Below, piece by piece: positions 42,601-53,305 of a stretch of DNA of 64,000 nucleotides. This DNA is from Eledone cirrhosa (lineage: Eukaryota), in the NCBI GenBank assembly GCA_964016885.1, contig OZ024740.1, positions 340,504,001-340,568,000 of the forward strand. The letters run 5' to 3'. A model generated the notes under the pieces. That model searched no databases, had not been told where the DNA came from, and saw nothing but the letters and a program-made list of their open reading frames with translations. Made by a program: the position numbers and the translations under genes. The stretch's first letter is position 1, and each line of letters opens with the position of its first letter.

Positions 42601-43007
42601 AATGTGGGTGTCAGACACTACCAAGAGTGCACACTGTCTCAACTATACAATGTGGGTGTCAGACACTGTCTCAACTACACAATGTGGGTGTCAGACACTG
42701 CCAAGGGTGCACACTGTCTCAACTATACAATGTGGGTGTCAGACACTGCTAAGGGTGCACACTGTCTCAACTACACAATGTGGGTGTCAGACACTGCCAA
42801 GGGTGCACACTGTCTCAACTATACAATATGGTGTCAGACACTGCCAAGAGTGCACACTGTCTCAACTATACAATGTGGGTGTCAGACACTGCTAAGGGTG
42901 TACACTGTCTCAACTACACAATGTGGGTGTCAGACACTGCCAAGGGTGCACACTGTCTCAACTACACAATGTGGGTGTCAGACACTGCCAAGGGTGCGTA
43001 CTGTCTC
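3676..43007. repeat. 48-bp tandem array, ~820 copies; consensus AACTA(T/C)ACAATGTGGGTGTCAGACACTG(C/T)AAGGGTGCACACTGTCTC with C before the (C/T)
   Basis: Visible directly. The phase at 3721 and 42601 is identical (38,880 = 810 x 48). The only indels seen are a 20-bp deletion (~42668) and a 1-bp deletion (~42830). Confidence 0.99.
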
Positions 43008-43810
43008 CTCTCCTGTTCTTAATCTTCATGGACAGGATTGATATGCACAGCCGAGTTGGAAGTGATATCAAGACTGGTGGGTGTAGGATCAGTTGACTAG
43101 AAAATGCAGCTGGAATAGTATTACTTATCAGTTGTTCGCCAACATGCCCTTGATAGGTTTGAAGGAAAATCAGTGCTGCGAAAACTGAGACACTCAAGGA
43201 AGCCTGTGTAGTGCATTCTACATGTGAGTGGAGGTTCACTGAAGCAGGTAGAGAAGTTAAAATGTCTTGGGACTGGGTTCATGAGTTATTGAAGGCAGGA
43301 GGCTGAATTAAGTACAAGAATTGCATGAGCTGGTGCAGTAATGCTTCAGCGTTTGGGTATCAAAAGAAGAGAGGTAGGTGTAAAAGCCAAACTTGCTATC
43401 TTCAATTCAGTATTCATGCCAGCCCTTATCTATGGTTATGAATCTTGTGAAATGACCAAAAGAATACAAGCGGCCGAAATGGGGTTCTTCCAAAAGGTCT
43501 TTGGAGTAACATTATCGATAGAGTGCATAGCTTGGAGATCAGAGAGCCGCTACTTCTCCAAATTGAGAGATCACAGCTCTGATACTATGGATGTGATCAG
43601 AATCCCTAAAGAAAAAAATTGCAGGACAGATTTTATGGGCAAAAGACCCAAGGGTAGACCTCAAGCAAGATGGTTGGATAACATCCAGGAGCTTAGCTGT
43701 TTGTGTTTGAGGATCCAGCCGGATCAATTGGAGATGGTTGCTTCTAACAGGACCTGCTAGAAGCCATGCTTGAGGACACTTCCAGGAATAAGTGGGTTAA
43801 GAAGATTGGC
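43008..43810 (+). pseudogene. Decayed RTE (Expander/Rex3-like) LINE, RT core to 3' end; continuation of 2252-2332
   Basis: Reading from the last monomer gives GVRHCQGCVLSPLLFLIFMDRIDMHSRVG..GCRIS*LENAAGIVLL (degenerate F/YADD). Later come LKQVEKLKCLG, KAKLAIFNSVFMPALIYGYES, RIQAAEMGFF and GKRPKGRPQARWLDNI. Confidence 0.88.
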
Positions 43811-43912
43811 TTGAAGACAGATTAAGGATATCATGAGAATTATGGCTCTGTACTTCCAAAATTTTCATTGTTTTCATTTTTCTCATCATACATCTTTATC
43901 TCTTGTTCACAG

Positions 43913-44014
43913 AACGGAAAATTCCAATGTAGTTTTGGTTTGGATGGTTTTCTCCTGGCAACAGTAAGTGCAGGGATGGCACCAGTATCATCAGGCTTGG
44001 AAGCTGTATTGCAG
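43913..44014 (+). CDS. Putative penultimate exon (102 bp, phase 0/0) of an unidentified membrane-protein gene
   Basis: Long polypyrimidine tract plus ttcacAG acceptor and a cagGTAAGG donor. Open frame NGKFQCSFGLDGFLLATVSAGMAPVSSGLEAVLQ. Confidence 0.7.
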
Positions 44015-44484
44015 GTAAGGTTTTCTTTTTTTTTTTCAATCATACTATTTAGCTAGCTGTGGTCATGACCCTTTTCACACCAAACCGATTTAAAAAATAT
44101 CTTATTGATAAAATAGAATCAAAGAAATGAATCCATATAGGTCATTAGAATGAGTAATCATCAGCATAAGATGGCTTTTTGCAAGCATATTCCATAAGTG
44201 TCTTGGCAGGAGGCCTGTATGTCAGTTGTGAAAGGTTTTATTAATGTTAAGTGAAACAACTTTATATTCCTCCATAATTTCTAAAACAAGGTACCATTTT
44301 TGTGTGACATAGGAAAGTAGAATATCTGTTGATGTGGAGATGACAAGGATATGGTTAGTTTCTATCATTTTAGGGAATCATTCTAAATATGACGAAAAGA
44401 AATTGAGAAAATAACTTCAATGTGTTTGTTTGGTAAAATATTCAACTGATTCAATGTAGGGTTGAGAGGTCCCTTTAGTAATCT

Positions 44485-44720
44485 CTAGTGCAGGTGCCAT
44501 GATAAAATGTCCATTTTGTATAGTGGAGCTGGTACCATGATAAAAAACACAGTGCACTCTGTAAAGTGATTGGTATTAGGAAGAGCATCCAGCCATAGAA
44601 ACCATGTCAGAAATGGTACATGCAAATGAGATGAGGTTCTCCAATCTGTCTAGTCCCAAAATGTGAGAACCTGTCCAACCCATGCCAGCCTGGAATGTGG
44701 ACTTAAAATGATTATGATAA
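44485..44720 (+). mobile_element. SINE/short RTE-tail element
   Basis: cactctgtaaagtgattggtattaggaagagcatccagccatagaaacc...aacccatgccagc..ggacttaaaatgat is shared with the RTE 3' UTR at ~1795-1975. Similar copies occur at ~48830-48950, 52740-52985, 56350-56415, 57230-57425 and, on the minus strand, ~45686-45735 and 60620-60780. Confidence 0.7.
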
Positions 44721-45349
44721 GATTATGTTTGGAAACTTAAGATTCAGCCAATTATCAATTCTACTATATATTAACAGCAGCAATTAGTAATAAACAGGCT
44801 TAATCAATTTAGTTAATGAGAGGTGATGTATATGAAGAATTGTTGAAGATATTTGCCCTGTCTGAATATATATAGGTTTGCAGGCATGGGCATGGTGTAT
44901 TAGATGTAAACTCATCTTTTAAGGGCCAACGCTTTTGATACCAAGCTGTCTGAAACTGGTTCTGCAATGCAATGCTGACTGTTTAATTTAATGTGCTTAT
45001 TTACTCTACAAGCTAAACCTTCTATTGTGTTTATATTTATTTAAAAACTCTCAATCACATCTTTATGCCAGAACTCTTATGTTCCAAACATCAGCTTAAT
45101 GATGAAAAAGTTAGTCACCCTACAAAGTCCCTCCAAATTCTTCATTATTTTCTAAATTAATTGAAAATCATAGGCAATGTCTTTCCTGAGAAACATGGTA
45201 ATGAGAGGGTTAATTAATGCATCATAACATTCTTAATGCAAGGGTTCTCAATCAATACATCCTATTTTGTTCAGTAATTTGAGTTTACATTTCTACCACA
45301 AGGGGACATTTTAAAATAGTTTTTAACATTATTTTAACTCCAAAATCGA

Positions 45350-45520
45350 GGGCAGTGGATTGGCAGAGTTGTTAGCACATCGGACAAAATGCTTTGAAGT
45401 CAACTTTCCCTTTCATCCTTCTGGGCTTCATAAAATAAAGTACCAGTAAAGTCCTGGGGGTCAATTTAATCAACTTTCTATTCCCTCAAATTGCTGGCCT
45501 TATGCCTATGTTATAAACAA
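45350..45520 (+). mobile_element. tRNA-derived SINE (Deu/Nin-like core)
   Basis: A-box-like tggcagagttgttagc and core ctttcatccttctggg..ataaaataaagtaccag. A reverse-strand relative is at 58695-58880. Confidence 0.6.
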
Positions 45521-45827
45521 TTATTTTAGATTCAAATAATAACACAAAATGTTGTTTCACTTTCTAATTATGAGTACAAAAGGCAATAAGATTCATATAC
45601 ATCATTAAATTCAAAATCAGTAGAAAGAAAATGAATTAGTATTTTAATAGACAAAATAAGCCTACTTCAATTTTTCTACCCAATTCATCATCACTGTTTA
45701 ATGTCTATTTTTCCATGCTTGCATGGGTTAGACGGGTAGGTAACATTTACCATAGAGGTGGGGAACCCTGGCTCTTGAATACGTTAGCTGAACATTTATG
45801 TATAATTTTTTTTTTTTCTATTTTCAG

Positions 45828-45938
45828 ATTTTCTCTGTGGGACTTTTCAGATTAGTTGGCTTATTTTATTTGTTTTCTTTCAATCGAATCGTTCAAAAGT
45901 GTCATAAAGAGAAGAAAAGTGACAAAAAGACGTCCTGA
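45828..45938 (+). CDS. Putative terminal coding exon: hydrophobic segment plus C-terminal KKxx (ER-retrieval-like)
   Basis: A T-run followed by ctattttcAG acceptor, in phase with the previous exon: IFSVGLFRLVGLFYLFSFNRIVQKCHKEKKSDKKTS*. AATAAA follows at 45978 and 46035. Confidence 0.7.
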   Translation: MFSVGLFRLVGLFYLFSFNRIVQKCHKEKKSDKKTS

Positions 45939-45977
45939 TCTCAATTATTTGAACCAACTATTTTTATACAAAATACC

Positions 45978-45983
45978 AATAAA
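45978..45983 (+). terminator. Candidate polyadenylation signal AATAAA
   Basis: 40 bp after the stop of the putative last exon; a second AATAAA is at 46035-46040. Confidence 0.5.
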
Positions 45984-46614
45984 TGCTCTATTTAATTTGA
46001 AATAATTATTTTATATAACAAATTTTGTATGAATAATAAAGAAAAATTGTGATTGATATGTTTTATTGTTGTATTGTATATTTCTTGATATAACACCACC
46101 ATTTGGCCCTAGGATGTCTTTAGCAGAGTCAGCTCTGTTGTAAGTATTTGGGCCAGGTCTTTGGTTTAAGGATACCCCCCCCCCCCTCAGTTACAGGCCC
46201 TGAAAAAGGTCCTAGGTGTAGCCCTTCCCTCCTTGACTAAACATTAAATAACAAGAGGAAGACTTGCTGTAATGTAATATCAAAGCTATCACTTAAATAG
46301 GTTTACCCACTTTGATACGAAACCACCCCTGGTTCTATAATATTAAGGTGTTTATCTTAAAGTGTTTATATTTATCTAAAAACTTTCAGTCATGATTATA
46401 TGTATGAACTTTTGTTAAGTTAAGCACCAAACACAAAATAATGATTATTTGAAAATCATAGTAGTGCTTTTTTATTTATTATGGATATGGTAATGGAAAA
46501 ATTAAATATAATCACTGAGATGAGATGAAGAGTTATGAATGACACAAAACAATTCATTTATACTTATTATATTGTGTACTAAGCAGTTGAAATATACTAT
46601 AAATACACGTGTAG

Positions 46615-46870
46615 TGGAGGCGTGTGGCCTAGTGTTAAAGCTGTTGGACTTATGATCATAATGTGGGTTTTATTCCTGGACAGGGTAGTATGTTGTGTTC
46701 TTGAGCAAAACACTTCATTTCACATTGCTCCCGTATACTCAGCTGAAAACGAGTACCATCAATAGCTGGGGATGTAACCCTATGATGGACTGGCGTCCTG
46801 TCCACAGGGGAATTTTGTACTGTCAGTCGCTTAAGGCCACGGAAACCAGGATAAGCACTGGCCTTAGACA
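46615..46870 (+). mobile_element. tRNA-derived SINE
   Basis: A-box-like gtggcctagtgtt, degenerate B-box, and conserved SINE motifs ttgtgttcttgagcaaaacactt and gatggactggcgtcctgtcc. Confidence 0.65.
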
Positions 46871-47239
46871 GAAGCAGTTCAAGATTTAAATGAAGCTGTG
46901 TAAATATTGAGATATGATAATTAATGGCAGTAATTGGTAAAAGACAGATGTGTCCAAATACCCATTTCAAACAACATCAAATTGCCTATAAAACTGGTTT
47001 AATTTTAACATTTTCTTCGGAGGGGTAGGGAATTTACATCACCTCAGACCCCTTTAGCTGTAATGAGTTTGCTGTGCTTGGTCCCTCACTATGCCTTATG
47101 GAGATTATGATAATTTTAATTTCCACCCCTTAACCCCCAAAAAATCACAATGAATGCCTCTGGCCACAGATGCAGCACAGCTACATAGCTGACATACCTG
47201 TATCTATTATATGACCTTAAAGAGTAGGTGGGAAATTTA

Positions 47240-47900
47240 TATAATGTTCACAATGTAAAACGGGTACACAAGGTTTAGTGAGATAACAGGCAGATTAACA
47301 GGAAAGGTTGATTTTATATGTAGGAGTTACACAGGAGTGTCCCATGCTTAATAAACTTTCTCCAATCCTAGGAAAGCTCCATAGAAGTAGTTGATAGGTG
47401 ACCAAATTAGCAGTGGAGGAGGTTGCTCTGAAATTATAGTAGCTAGAATAAGCTCAGGCTAGAAAATGTTCAGAGAACTACTGCCTCTGTTGACAAAAAA
47501 AAAAAAAAAAAAAAAAAATTCTCTCTACTACAAATTAAAAGCTGGCTGCATCATGCCTGCATACAAAGTGTGATGTTGCATGAAAGTGAAAGATGGTTAG
47601 TAAATATAGAGCATATTTGAAGGCTTGAGAGAAATGAAGTAAGCATGCTATGATGAATGTATGAGGTTAATATGCATGAAAAGCAAAGCATGGACAGGCT
47701 GAATGAAAAACTAGGTATGAGGAATCAGATGTAGTAAAAGAAAAGATTGTGCTAGTATGGATATGTATGATGAACAATGGGAGAATAAGTATCAGGAGTT
47801 CCCACAGGAAGGAAGCTGCTGTAGAAGGCCAAGGAAGTCTTGGGAAGAAGTGGTGAAAGCAGATCTCAAAATAGTGAGCCTGATAGAGATGATGAAAGAA
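47240..47900 (+). pseudogene. Old, decayed RTE 3' fragment of the same family as 53306-56321
   Basis: Colinear similarity to 55565-56220 (gtacacaag..ataacaggcagattaacagg; gaccaaattagcagtggaggaggttgctctg; gagagaaatgaag.aagcatgct) with many stops and an expanded A-run at ~47495-47518. Confidence 0.75.
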
Positions 47901-50469
47901 AGTGATATTACACCAGTTTCATTTTTGATGTGAAATCCGTATTTCCTATTGTTTTTGATATGTTTTGAATATGGCCTTCAAAATGGTCAGAAATTGGTAA
48001 AAAAAATAATTACACAATAGAGTTGTGAAACAAAAACTATACTGTATACGACACTTAAAATATTTTAAATATCAAAATATTAAAACTTCATAAATATATT
48101 CTCCACTCATGAGAATTTAAAAACTGCATCCTCTAAATATAATGTGTTGATTACCTGCCTCAGCTTATAAACAGGATTTGGATTTTTACCTATTTCTCAT
48201 AAAATAGGGTTGGTCGGCTTATATTCGAGTATATATGGTAAATTCAATGTTCAATATTATAATATTTGTTGACTTACCGTATACTCTACTGTGACCAAGA
48301 TGCAGGCTTATCAACTAAGGAAGAAATCTATGACAAAAACATTAGCTTCTATTAAAGGAAAATATTATAAGGATGTAAATAATGGAATGATTGAGAAGTG
48401 TGTAGTAAGATTAAAATTGAAGAATATGCTTTGCTTTTTTCAAATGTTACTACAACACATTAACTATATGACAGTTGAATAAAATCAGGGATATAACCCC
48501 CTGAAATGGAAAAAAGTGAACAGAATCTCTTGGTAACACAGCTGGGGTTTGGTTTGATACATGCGAGAAATTCTGTTAATTTATTTCCATCTTAAAGGGT
48601 TATATTCTTGATTTTATTCAACTATCTGTGTTGTCGTAGTCTTTGCAAAAAACAAAGCATTCTCTTATATTATTATTATGATTAGGAGGAAGTAGAGAAG
48701 GAGTTTCAGAGATCAAAGGAATAAAGGAATAAAGAAATGTGAGAAATAAAAATTGAGGAAGAAGTTTACTATGGTTATTAGTAAGACATCACACAATTCC
48801 TAACCAACTTTCCATCTCTAAATATAACCCACACCGGATATTTGTGTCCTAAAGGGCAACTAAAAAGGTTGGCACGATGAAAGGCATCTGGTCATAAAAC
48901 AATGTTTTGCTCAACCTATGCCAGCATGGGAAAGTGGATATAAAAATGATCTTATGTGATCTCTTGGAACACTATATTGATAGAATATTGCCACTGTTTT
49001 TAAAATGGAACATACTTTTAATCACTTGACATCAAAACTCTAATGATAAATCTAAATTCATCATCATTTGTATGCCTGCTATCCATGATGGTATAGGTTC
49101 AATCAGTTGTTATGGCCTGAGTCAGTCCTTATTAAATCGAGGAGAGCACGTCTCACCTATACATTTCAAATCTTGGCATACATCTGAAGAAACCATGCTC
49201 TCCCTAACATCAAACACTTAACAGTGTACTGGGTGCATATATATATTCTGTATAAACATCAACCTTCAACATTTCAAGATTCGTATATCTGTCTCTACTT
49301 ATTAAATGGAACAACATTCAATGAGCTCACTTTCTTCATTGTAAAAGGTCAGATACTTTTCCTTTTGGAGCAGAGAGATTTAACTTGATATACATACTTT
49401 ACTGGTCATGAACGATTTACATGAAGAAAGGTAATGCAAGTTGAACAGTATAACCACCTTTTTATTGAGAAAAATGAATTTGAAATAAAGAAAAACAGGA
49501 TGTTTTTAGATTAAATAATGGACAAATGATGTTGGATGCTGAAATGTGTTGTAATTGTTGATTAAAGTGAAGAAAGCAATGTTTTCTTTCTGAGAAACTT
49601 TAGTAGTTGGACAAAGTAACACTAAACAACTAGCTAACATTACATAGGAGACTAAACTGAATGTTTTGATTACACAAGTGGAATTAACATTTCTGTTCTG
49701 TTTCTAATACTGAGAATTACATTTAGATGAATTATAACAGTGAATAGTTGAAAACAACAGAAATTAAAGTAAATGATGGCAGAAGAAACATTGTTAGAGC
49801 AAGGTTGTTAGTTGAAGGTCACCAATTGTTTACTGGATGGAGTTTTATAAAAAATGACGCATTCCAGCTTTTTATTCACTAGAGATATTTAGATTTAAGG
49901 GTTACATAATTTATGCTCCCACATCAAATGTATTCTGTAAGATGAATTGTCAAAGATATAATCAGATCTGCTCAAAAGCTTTGTTAGACAGGACAGCAGA
50001 ATAAAATATTGACTAAACCTGTAAACTCAGACTCTTAGCTGAATGTCAACATCTGATTTAAAATTCCAATAGTTTCAGGTGAAAGAGTTACAAAAACCAC
50101 AATTGCCTTTTGCTCTGAATAGTCAGTAATTCTCAAGTGTTATGAGATTGATGTAATATGTGATAACTTTAGTTATAGGATTTTGAGAAAATGTTTGTAT
50201 CAAAAGAGTTTAATGTGATGAGGTTTCTCCAGGTTTTTTTTTAACAAAATACAACAGAAGATCTGGGAGATTAGGTGAACAGTTATGTCCTCAGTATTCC
50301 ACTTAGTGTCTTGGAAGTTTTCCGTAAAAACAAACAAGTTAGAGAAAACCAGTCCTTACAATGGAAAGGAAACATGTCCTAAAATTCATCTAAAATTGAT
50401 GTCAATGGAAAATAAAGAATCTCTAATATAATTATGAATCTTTCTGAAAATGATGCCACATATGAGATG

Positions 50470-50599
50470 TTAGGTAAAAGTAGACATAGTTTCTCCACAT
50501 TCTTGGTTGTTCATCAGGTTTTGCAGTGTCTTCTCCATTATGTCAACAACATAGATCACAACTTTATGTTCTTGTACTACATACGCAGCCATCGGTTTT
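50470..50599 (-). CDS. Possible terminal exon of a minus-strand gene
   Basis: Acceptor ttttcctttgtttcAG and one open frame KPMAAYVVQEHKVVIYVVDIMEKTLQNLMNNQECGETMSTFT*. No recognised homology. Confidence 0.3.
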
Positions 50600-51778
50600 C
50601 TGAAACAAAGGAAAATTACATTTTAGTGAAATTCAATAATTGTTACCAAGTTAAAGTGGTGAAAAAGAAAATAATTATAGTAAGCACAACAGTATAGGTA
50701 GCATTAATTTTAGTGAATGTACTGAACAGCTAAAAGAAAATGTTATGAGGATTCAACTGATTTTTTAAATAATTATATAAACAAATATGAAAGCCACATG
50801 TTAGAGTATTGGATATTTCATTGAGACTAATAATACACATCCTTATTCCTAGTCACCCAACTTTGGTTCCTATTACACCACACTATCTAATCTTGCTAAT
50901 TGTAATTATTAATTGCCAATAAACATACAGAAGCAAGAGTTAGGTTGATAGTTTGTTAGGCTGTTAGCTCATGTACCATGACTTTATGAGCTGGAGACTG
51001 TATGTCTTGTAAGACCATGAATATGCACCTAAAAAGTTCCTCTTTAAGAGGCAAGCTCGGGCAAAGTTTTTTTGTGGAAGACCAGCACTCAGCAATGCAT
51101 GTAAGTCTCCTCTATCAATGTTGTCCAAGGGAAAGGCATGGGCTGATACAACTTACAACCAGTTACATCACATGTGATCTTGGTACACAAAGAGTTGAAA
51201 GAACTACTGTAGATATTTTGTTAGACATCTGGGCAAGATACTTGATTCTACATTATCCCGGTTAAACTATATTAGGGACCTTTTCTGGAAATATTTCTTT
51301 CTGATATATTATAGCATTTCCTTTATCCTCAGAGAATTAGTAAATTAATTTATTACAAATAAACAGCCAGTCAGACCACGTGTCTACTGTTAAATCAAGC
51401 TACATTTCCATATTTCAAACATCTGTTTTACTATAAACAACATGGAATTATGAGAAAATACTAGAGAATTTCTCTTATTCAATTTATAAATAAAAGCACA
51501 CATACACACATTCTCCATGAAGGTTTGTGAGAAGATATCAAGCCGACATAATAATCAAGCTCTGAAGTAAAAAGACTACACAACAGTCCCAAAATAAGAT
51601 TGAAAACTATATATATCCAACTACTCTTCCACCATACACATACATAAATCTATAATTCTATTAAATATTTGCCTTCAATTGTTAATTTTCAAATAGCATA
51701 CCTTTATTAAACAAGTAACACTCGAAAAAAAAAAAAAAGACTAGCAGTAGTGACAAGAGGTAAATATTTATGGTAAAA

Positions 51779-51810
<32 letters not shown>

Positions 51811-53305
51811 CAAATATATCTTTGTTTAAATCTGAAATCAAAATTCCTTGACATATTTGAATTTAAAATTTCATTATATTTCAAAAGTAAAAACATTTTT
51901 ATGTGAAGTCAAGTTTAAACATTTTGAATTGAATATCAATGGTGGTGGAAATTCAGGGGTGGGAAAGGGAGAAGGGAATGGGTGGGGTTCAAAGTATTAA
52001 GCATAATGAAGATATCTGGAAACAGATGCATCAAGTGAGTTTAGCTGCAAACATAATAGAATGAGAGAGAATACAGTTGAACAATGGGCTAACATTCGTA
52101 GTGTTGGGCATTGAAGGTTTGTCTATTTATCAAACAACCTTTCCTTTAGTGTGTGTAGTAGATGCAACATAGTGTAGAGTACAGTTGTGGTCTATAACAT
52201 TTGGGAAGAAGCATTTGTCCTGAAACCAAGAAAAATGTGAAAATCACCAGATTTGTTAGGTAAATAAATTGAAGATGTTTAAGCTATGAGCAAAACATTT
52301 TTATGTTATATCAAGGAGCATATTATCCAATGTATCTTTTCTTTTTAAGGTAGTAGAGTATGATTTGAGATTTGATTGCTATTTCTAGCAAGTTGAGTAA
52401 CCACATAAGAGGTCCCTTGAGAATAAACCTCTGAACTAGATAGACGAGTATTATATTAAGAATGGTTTACCCAGAGAAGGATCAGTCACACAAGAACAAT
52501 TCATTTGAAGAAAACTTTAGGTATTATATCAGAGCAGCTGATGTGCTAACATTATCATGCCATTATAGTATATTACACATTTCACCACTGTCACTTTCCT
52601 CTCTCCTAACATTGTATCATTCTGTTTCCTTCTTCACAGTAACATCATATTCTTTTCCTCTTTCAACTCTTGGTCATAACTCCTCTGCTAATAACCCATC
52701 CAGTTATATTTTCCTTGACAGAATAGAGACTGCAGTAGATAAGGGTGCCTCTCTAGTGCTGGTTCCATGATAAAATGCACTAGTACATTGTGAAGTGGTT
52801 AGTGTTAGGAATAGCATCCAGCTGTAGAAACCATACCAAAAATTGGATTGTACAAGTGTGAGCTGGTCCCTTGGCCCATCTAGGATGACAGTAACTCTGA
52901 ATAAAGACTGCTTCAGATTTTGACAACCCATTCAACCTAATTCAGCATGAAAAACAGATGTATGATGATGATGGTGGTGGTGGTGTCCACAAATGAGATG
53001 GACAAGAGAATGTAAAACCAACACAGAGGACTGCAAGAGAGTATGTAGTATAGACTAGAGAATAAGTTAAAAAAAAGTACATTTTTGTTGATTCTATAGT
53101 ATGATATTTATTCTAATGTTCTTAAATTGCCACGAAAATATTTTTAGAAACAAGTTTCCATATATTTCATAGTTTGATATTTATAATCCCACTTTCACAA
53201 TAAAAATGATTAAATTTTTCTGTACATCGAATAAAATGTTCTTTAGTGTGGTCGTCAAGTACAAAGAGGTCTCCCACACCTGGACTTGATTATTAATCTA
53301 TATTA

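Noticed and set aside
3582-42895. Giant ORFs (up to 5281 aa) of MWVSDTAKGAHCLNYT or QCGCQTLPRVHTVSTI repeats as real repetitive proteins
   Set aside because: A 48-bp unit is 16 codons, so any stop-free frame stays open, and several + frames are open at once. Stops arise and are duplicated (TAG 11309; TGA 10811, 14795, 17003, 18635, 25403, 27035). The two commonest variants are synonymous in the MWVS frame, but a rough by-eye tally of distinct variants gives only about a quarter to a third synonymous, near neutral. The unit derives from LINE RT in another frame.
3680-42900. Metallothionein-like or zinc-finger protein from the CGC/CxxC repeats
   Set aside because: The Cys content is a by-product of the TG-rich monomer; no start, splice or selection evidence.
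3676-43007. CRISPR array
   Set aside because: No unique spacers, no cas genes, and a eukaryotic context; it is a head-to-tail tandem repeat.
3676-43007. Pure assembly artefact
   Set aside because: Structured rare variants, private differences between duplicated blocks and coherent LINE flanks point to real sequence. Exact copy number still needs read support.
46615-46690. tRNA gene
   Set aside because: Only degenerate A/B boxes followed by a SINE body; no cloverleaf.
48210-48290. pogo/Tigger-like TIR remnants (cggcttatattcgagtatatatggta ... taccgtatactc)
   Set aside because: Short and outward-facing; partner ends could not be identified, so no element is called.
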